Positions 58,305 to 64,000 of a DNA stretch of 64,000 nt are shown here, one piece after another. The stretch is taken from positions 5,696,001-5,760,000 of the forward strand of contig OZ220744.1 in the NCBI GenBank assembly GCA_965116925.1, read 5' to 3'. The notes under the pieces were generated by a model, which saw nothing but the letters and a program-made list of their open reading frames with translations, was not told the DNA's origin and did not search any database. A program made the position numbers and the translations under genes. Position 1 is the stretch's first letter; each line of letters begins with the position of its first letter. The DNA comes from Candidatus Poribacteria bacterium. Lineage in GTDB: Bacteria > Poribacteria > WGA-4E > PCPOR2b.

Positions 58305-59843
58305 ATGGCTGCCATAAATGGTAAAGTCTATCTTGTTGGAGCGGGACCGGGCGATCCGAAACTGATAACGCTCAAAGGGATTGAATGTCTCCAACGCGCA
58401 GATGTAGTAATCTATGACCTGCTTATCAACGTCAAATTACTTGAACACTGTCCCGTACATACCGAAAAAATCTATGGCGGAAAGATGATAGGCGAGCAGG
58501 AAGAACGCCAAGCCGAAATTGACGATCTGATGATTTGGCACGCAAAGGCAGGCAAAACGGTTGTCCGACTCAAAGGCGGTGATCCGTTTATATTTGGGAG
58601 AGGTGGAGAAGAGGCACTGACACTTGTGGAGGCGGGAATTGATTTTGAGGTCGTGCCCGGTATTACTTCAGCGATTGCCGCCCCGGCGTATGCAGGTATC
58701 CCTTTGACGCATCGGAGTTATTCCTCCTCTGTCGCATTTGTCACAGGGCATTCGGCGGCGTTGAAAGCGGATTCGACAATCCGTTGGGAGCAGCTCGCTA
58801 CAGGTGTGGATACGCTGGTTATTCTTATGGGGGTAGGGCATTTACGCGAGATTGCAGCGCGTTTGGTTCAACATGGTCGTTCACCTGAGACACCGATCTC
58901 TCTCGTCCATTGGGGAACAACACCGCAGCAAAAGACACTTGAAGGAACCCTCGCAGACATCGCTCAAAAGGCAGAGGCTGTCAGTTTTCGGAATCCGGCG
59001 GCAATTGTCGTCGGTGACGTCAATGCTTTGCGCGAACAATTGCGCTGGTTTGATCAAAAACCGCTTTTCGGTCGTCGGATTATCGTCACCCGCGCTCGGG
59101 CGCAAGCGAGCGACTTTGCGGAATACCTTGAATCCTATGGTGCCGAGGTTATCCAGTTTCCGACGATTGAAACCGAGCCGATTCCCGACAATGCTACGTT
59201 GGACGGGGCAATTGATCAACTTGCAATCTACAACTGGGTCATTTTTACCAGCGTCAATGCTGTGGAATATTTCTATCGTCACCTGCGAGAAAACGGCAAA
59301 GACACTCGATCACTTGGAAATGCACGTATCTGTGCAATTGGACAAAAAACCGTAGCGGCATTAGATCAGATCGGAATTTGTGCAGATTATGTTCCGTCGC
59401 AATATCGCGGTGCAATCCTTGCAGCAGAGTTAGAGGGTGTGGAAGGGCAAAAGATTCTACTGCCACGCGCCACGATCGCTGCGGATGACTTACCCAACGG
59501 CTTACGAGATAGAGGCGCGATTGTCGATGCTATTCCGATTTATGAGACCGTCAAAACCGGTGCAGAGGGATGCGAGACACTCGAAGCGGACCTACATAAT
59601 GGACGAATCGACACGGTAACATTTACAAGTTCATCAACTGTTACCAATTTTCTTGAGATGTTCGGTTCATACCCGTCCGCTGCCTTGCTCGATCAGGTTC
59701 ATATTGCGGTGATCGGACCGTCAACTGAAGCAACCGCTAAAGCGAATGGATTGACGGTAGATATAGTTGCAAAGCAAGCATCTGTAGAATCACTTGCGGC
59801 AGAGATTGTTGAATTTTATAGAGAAAAGGAGAAAGAAAAATGA
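58305..59843 (+). CDS. Fused uroporphyrinogen-III methyltransferase/synthase (CobA-HemD)
   Basis: [22 protein letters not shown], then VTRA, FTSVNAV, FTSSSTV. Confidence 0.92.
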   Translation: MAAINGKVYLVGAGPGDPKLITLKGIECLQRADVVIYDLLINVKLLEHCPVHTEKIYGGKMIGEQEERQAEIDDLMIWHAKAGKTVVRLKGGDPFIFGRGGEEALTLVEAGIDFEVVPGITSAIAAPAYAGIPLTHRSYSSSVAFVTGHSAALKADSTIRWEQLATGVDTLVILMGVGHLREIAARLVQHGRSPETPISLVHWGTTPQQKTLEGTLADIAQKAEAVSFRNPAAIVVGDVNALREQLRWFDQKPLFGRRIIVTRARAQASDFAEYLESYGAEVIQFPTIETEPIPDNATLDGAIDQLAIYNWVIFTSVNAVEYFYRHLRENGKDTRSLGNARICAIGQKTVAALDQIGICADYVPSQYRGAILAAELEGVEGQKILLPRATIAADDLPNGLRDRGAIVDAIPIYETVKTGAEGCETLEADLHNGRIDTVTFTSSSTVTNFLEMFGSYPSAALLDQVHIAVIGPSTEATAKANGLTVDIVAKQASVESLAAEIVEFYREKEKEK

Positions 59844-60286
59844 ATCGAAAAAGGACTAAAATCATCATTGCGAGTCTTATCTTAGCAGCTGCGATGGCAT
59901 TTCTCGTCGTTGCGGGGGTGAAGAACACAAGCATGAGACACTTCACGCCTGACGCGCTCGTTGCACACGCGCAAGAGGTTCACAATAAGGGCATCCAGGT
60001 GGATGGGTTGATTGCGGAAGGTACCACCCAATGGGATCCAATAAAGTTTCAACTCACCTTTGCGGTACGAGATCGAGACGGGCAAGCAAGCGTCAAGGTC
60101 CTCTATGCAAATAGACTCAGACCCGACAATTTCAAAGATGGCGGAGATGTCTTTGTTCAAGGGAAGTATAACGCAGCCGAAAACCTTATCGTTGCCTCCA
60201 AACTCCAAACGAAGTGTGCGTCGAAGTATGAAGCAGCCGAAGGCATGACGGCACAGACTGTTGGAACCGATACGGCCGATTATTGA
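59840..60286 (+). CDS. ccmE: Heme chaperone CcmE (CxxxY variant)
   Basis: N-terminal TM, PDNFKDG, KCASKY. Confidence 0.85.
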   Translation: MNRKRTKIIIASLILAAAMAFLVVAGVKNTSMRHFTPDALVAHAQEVHNKGIQVDGLIAEGTTQWDPIKFQLTFAVRDRDGQASVKVLYANRLRPDNFKDGGDVFVQGKYNAAENLIVASKLQTKCASKYEAAEGMTAQTVGTDTADY

Positions 60287-60310
60287 GCCTCAAAAGGAAA
60301 GACACGCGTT

Positions 60311-62323
60311 ATGGCAGAATTGGGACAGGCAGCAATATGGCTTTCAGTGTTTTCCTGTCTGTGGGCATTGACGATGCTCTGGATGGGATTGCGTCATAAC
60401 AACTACAACGCAGTCATCAGCGGACGAAATGGGGTTGTCGGGACCTTTGCTTTAATAACGCTTGCAACAGGCGCGTTAATCTACGGTTTTGTAACAAACG
60501 ACTTTTCGATGAAGTATGTCGTCGAAGTCTCCAGCTACGATCAACCCCTGCTGTACAAAGTCACTGCGTTGTGGGGACGGATGTCCGGTTCGCTCCTGTT
60601 TTGGCTTTGGCTCGTGACGCTTTTTGGTGCATTGGTCGTATGGACAAACCGACGTGCGACCGATTACTTGGCTGACTATGCCCTTATCCCTATCTCGATA
60701 GTAAAACTGTTTTTTATCATCCTTGTGACGGGATTGGTCGAAGGTGTTTACAATCCGCTGGAACGTTTGCCAAATGGTGTGGTTGCTCGTGACGGTGCTG
60801 GCATGAATCCGTTGCTGCAAACACCGAGCATGGCTTTTCATCCTCCATCGCTTTATGTCGGCTTCGTCAGCCTGACCGTGCCGTTTGCTTTTGCTATCGG
60901 TGCGCTCGCTGCTGGCAAGATAGGCAGCGAGTGGATTAACAGGTCGCGGCGATGGATGATGGCATCTTGGTTAGTGCTGACGCTTGGCATCACGCTCGGT
61001 GGAAATTGGGCATATCGTGAGCTCGGATGGGGTGGCTATTGGGCGTGGGATCCCGTCGAAAATGCCTCTTTCATGCCGTGGCTGCTCGGCACCGCCTACC
61101 TTCACTCGGTGATGATCCAAGAGAAGCGAAATATGCTCAAGCTTTGGAATATCGTCTTGATTACGCTTGCGTTTGAGTTTACGCTTTTAGGAACTTTCAT
61201 CACCCGTAGCGGGATAATCACCTCCGTGCACGCATTTGCACAATCCGACATCGGGGGATATTTCCTAGGGTTTATCTTCCTTTCCACATTTAGCGTTATC
61301 GGGCTTTTGGCTTACCGCTGGAACGATCTCAAAAGCCCCAACCGCCTTGAATCCCTCCTTTCCCGCGAAAGTTCGTTTCTCCTAAACAACTGGATGCTTG
61401 TAGGCTTGACGCTAATTATCCTTTGGGGAACGTTGTGGCCAGTTATCACAGAACATGTCACCGGAGAAAAAGCCGCGGTCCCAGAGGCGTTTTTCAATCA
61501 GGTGGTCATTATTCCCGGGCTGCTGCTCCTGTTACTCACAGGTGTCGGTCCAATTATTTCATGGAAAAAGTTGACACCGAGCAATTTCAAACGGATGTTT
61601 GCCAAACCGATTGTTTTTGGAGTAGTCGGTGGCATACTCGCGTGGATATATCTCGCTCTGAGAGGACACGCTGGGGCAATCTATTCCGCGCTTTGCGTCT
61701 TCGCTAGTGCTTTTGTCCTTGTAGCCATCTGCGATGAATTCTATCGTGGATCAAAATTACGAGCTAGACGGAGTGAAACCTCATTCTTTGATGGACTCAT
61801 TCAACTCATTCAACGCAACAAACGTCGATACGGCGGCTATATCGTCCATATCGGCATCGTGATTTTATATATTGGGATTCTGGGGTCTAAGGGCTATTAT
61901 CTCTTGGAATCGAAGGGGCTACAACTTAATGAATCAATAGAGGTCAATGACTACACGCTCACGGTACAAGATGCGTTTCAGGAGGAACACCCTAATTTTT
62001 CGCTCGGTGGCGTTGTATTCGCTGTTGAGAAAGGTGGGAAACCGATAGGGACGATGCGTCCGGCGCGTGGGTTTTATCATAAAGCAGGTCAAGGCGACCA
62101 AGATACCATCGAGTCAGCCATACGCCATATGGGATTAAACGACCTCTATATCGCATTAGGTCCCCTTCCCCAAAACGTACCCGCCCATGTGCAATCCGGT
62201 GGAATTGTCAATGTTCAAGTTTACCATAACCCGCTTATCAATGTTGTCTGGCTTGGTGTTGCCATCATGATGATTGGTGGATTGGTCGCACTCTGTGAAA
62301 AGCACGTCAAAGGTAACATGTAA
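60311..62323 (+). CDS. ccmF: Cytochrome c heme lyase CcmF
   Basis: GMNPLLQ, FHPP, WGGYWAWDPVENAS, SVHAF. Confidence 0.95.
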   Translation: MAELGQAAIWLSVFSCLWALTMLWMGLRHNNYNAVISGRNGVVGTFALITLATGALIYGFVTNDFSMKYVVEVSSYDQPLLYKVTALWGRMSGSLLFWLWLVTLFGALVVWTNRRATDYLADYALIPISIVKLFFIILVTGLVEGVYNPLERLPNGVVARDGAGMNPLLQTPSMAFHPPSLYVGFVSLTVPFAFAIGALAAGKIGSEWINRSRRWMMASWLVLTLGITLGGNWAYRELGWGGYWAWDPVENASFMPWLLGTAYLHSVMIQEKRNMLKLWNIVLITLAFEFTLLGTFITRSGIITSVHAFAQSDIGGYFLGFIFLSTFSVIGLLAYRWNDLKSPNRLESLLSRESSFLLNNWMLVGLTLIILWGTLWPVITEHVTGEKAAVPEAFFNQVVIIPGLLLLLLTGVGPIISWKKLTPSNFKRMFAKPIVFGVVGGILAWIYLALRGHAGAIYSALCVFASAFVLVAICDEFYRGSKLRARRSETSFFDGLIQLIQRNKRRYGGYIVHIGIVILYIGILGSKGYYLLESKGLQLNESIEVNDYTLTVQDAFQEEHPNFSLGGVVFAVEKGGKPIGTMRPARGFYHKAGQGDQDTIESAIRHMGLNDLYIALGPLPQNVPAHVQSGGIVNVQVYHNPLINVVWLGVAIMMIGGLVALCEKHVKGNM

Positions 62324-62324
62324 G

Positions 62325-62831
62325 ATGAAAAGCTGCCGCACCCTTCTCTTAATTTTAATATCTTTCAGCTGCTTAATTTCAGTGGTGGGTGCTCAAGAAC
62401 AGGTATCCACAACCGATCCATCGTTTGAATCAAACCTGGATCAACTGATGACCGGTGTATACTGTTACTGTGGTTGCGTGCGAGAGACAATTAAGCATTG
62501 CGTCTGTGGCGTTGCTCAACAGATTGAAACGGACTTTCGCAACCGCCTCCGTGCTGGGGGAACGGTTCAACAGATTCGGGCTGACTATCTCGCGAGGTAC
62601 GGGACGCAATACTCAGCACTCATGCCCGCCAAAGGATTTAATATCGTCGCTTATGCCATGCCTGCCGTTATCATCTTACTGATCGGTATTATTGTTTTTC
62701 TTGTACTGAGATCAAAGCGAAAGGCAGCGTTGGCACAATCATCCCCTCAAGCAGCACCGCAACCGTCAGCATCGGCGGATGAATACGCGCAAATTGAGGA
62801 AGAGCTAGCGCGCTACAAGCAGCAAAAATAG
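62325..62831 (+). CDS. ccmH: CcmH-like protein
   Basis: Signal peptide, CYCGC...HCVC, RYG...P..GFN, C-terminal TM; start ATG 62325. Confidence 0.7.
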   Translation: MKSCRTLLLILISFSCLISVVGAQEQVSTTDPSFESNLDQLMTGVYCYCGCVRETIKHCVCGVAQQIETDFRNRLRAGGTVQQIRADYLARYGTQYSALMPAKGFNIVAYAMPAVIILLIGIIVFLVLRSKRKAALAQSSPQAAPQPSASADEYAQIEEELARYKQQK

Positions 62832-62854
62832 CCGTAAGACTAGGAGTTCGACTT

Positions 62855-63229
62855 ATGTTTTTTGTATTTTTATGGATCTTACTACTTGGACTTCCCCTTT
62901 TGGTCTATCTGGGTTTGCCACTGTGGTCAAAGCCACGCCTGTCCCCAGAAATGGATGCGGTTGAAACCCGAATGCAAACATTGTACCTTGAGCGTGAACG
63001 TAGCTATTCGGCACTTGTAGATCTTGAGGAAGACTATGAAACAGGGAAGCTGTCCCAAGCTGACTATCAAGCCTTAAGAGCACAACTATTACAAGAGACA
63101 GCAGCGGTGTTGACGCAGATCGAAACAGCCGGCATGGCGTCTGTAGAAGAAGAGATCGAAAGATATAAACAACAGAGACTTATGTCACAGGAAAGTCAAA
63201 ATGCTAAGAGCGTGAAACGTGATGCGTGA
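62855..63229 (+). CDS. CcmI N-terminal-like membrane protein
   Basis: TM followed by LVDLEEDYETGKLSQADY. Confidence 0.65.
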   Translation: MFFVFLWILLLGLPLLVYLGLPLWSKPRLSPEMDAVETRMQTLYLERERSYSALVDLEEDYETGKLSQADYQALRAQLLQETAAVLTQIETAGMASVEEEIERYKQQRLMSQESQNAKSVKRDA

Positions 63230-63300
63230 AAATTATTTATTCATGGATTCATTAATGAGCTAAATCAGTTTCTGTTGTACAATTGCTTAACATGGGCTAT

Positions 63301-63361
63301 AAGAGAAACCGAGTTTTGAAGAAAAAACTCGGTTTCTTTGCACTAAATCTTAACATGAGCG
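63301..63361. repeat. MITE family A partial copy (hairpin plus right end)
   Basis: GAAACCGAGTTTT...CTTAACATGAGCG; a hairpin-only relic also lies at about 6947-6981. Confidence 0.65.
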
Positions 63362-63371
63362 AAGATAAAAT

Positions 63372-64000
63372 ATGCATAACAATCGCAAAACCGGAAAGCT
63401 AGGAAACGAGAGATTCCACGAATCACACAAATCCACGCGAACCGCCAAAAAATTGGCGGAGATTTGTGGAGATTCACGGAGACTTTCACGTTTCACGTTT
63501 CACGTTTCATTCTTTATATTCACGGTTTTGATCTGTCTGCTCTCCGCCGTTGGACAGAGCGACATCGGCAAAATCGTAGGGCAGGTCATAGATAAGAAAG
63601 AAAATCGACCACTTTCTCAACAGTTAGTGGTTTTACAGATTCGCCGGGAAGGCGAAGACGTGCAACGACGTGAGACAACGACGGACGACAACGGGTCTTA
63701 TAGCTTCGACAATCTATCAACCGCTTTCGATGTACATTATGCCGTCTCGACCAATTATGAAGGTAAGGAATATATCGAACAAGATCTCGTTCTGTCGGAG
63801 TGGTTGCCTAACATCACGGTCAATATTGAGATTGGGGCATTTACGGATGATCCGTCGCAGGTGAAAATTCGATCGCATACGCTTATCATCGGACCTCCTC
63901 CGCCCGACCATGCCCCTGACGGGGCGGTGTCCGTGTTAGAACTCATTCAAATCGAAAATACGGGTGAGCTGTCGTTTCAAACATCAATAGACAATCAACC
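63372..64000 (+). CDS. Secreted protein with carboxypeptidase-regulatory-like (transthyretin-like) domain, truncated by the window end
   Basis: Open frame from ATG 63372; GKIVGQVID...TTDDNGSYSFDNL. Confidence 0.7.
   Translation, partial: MHNNRKTGKLGNERFHESHKSTRTAKKLAEICGDSRRLSRFTFHVSFFIFTVLICLLSAVGQSDIGKIVGQVIDKKENRPLSQQLVVLQIRREGEDVQRRETTTDDNGSYSFDNLSTAFDVHYAVSTNYEGKEYIEQDLVLSEWLPNITVNIEIGAFTDDPSQVKIRSHTLIIGPPPPDHAPDGAVSVLELIQIENTGELSFQTSIDNQ

Noticed and set aside
6947..63361. Recurring GAAACCGAGTTTT...AAAACTCGGTTTC hairpin as a CRISPR repeat
   Set aside because: Copies are dispersed kilobases apart with no spacers or cas genes; they are MITE interiors

Overview
64-kb bacterial chromosomal window. 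Gene style (LRR protein with a FlgD-Ig/T9SS-like C-terminal tail, sulfatases, PhyH, Asp-box glycosidase) suggests Candidatus Poribacteria, but this is inference. The left half is mostly minus-strand catabolic and housekeeping genes: CocE hydrolase, amidohydrolases, class-III aminotransferase, PhyH, two sulfatases, Gfo/Idh/MocA, an OSGIN-like flavoprotein, nth, dnaJ, moaC, xylB and purC. It also holds a solo Cre-like integrase and an IS5. The right half has a transglutaminase, a 2098-aa PorU-like C25 peptidase, and a rex-hemB-hemL-prenyltransferase-sirC-ccsA-hemA-hemC-cobA/hemD-ccmE-ccmF-ccmH heme/cytochrome c cluster. Two IS200/IS605 (tnpB) elements sit in or next to that cluster. The most striking signal is that both tnpB elements, although divergent, start their transcript with the same promoter geometry and a covarying ~80-nt pseudoknotted 5' leader RNA next to the tnpB ribosome-binding site. 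Intergenic DNA is rich in MITE-like shells with verifiable target duplications that carry interchangeable GTAG/REP-like hairpins, and in 7-8-mer tandem repeats that run into protein N-termini. No rRNA, tRNA or CRISPR array was recognised.
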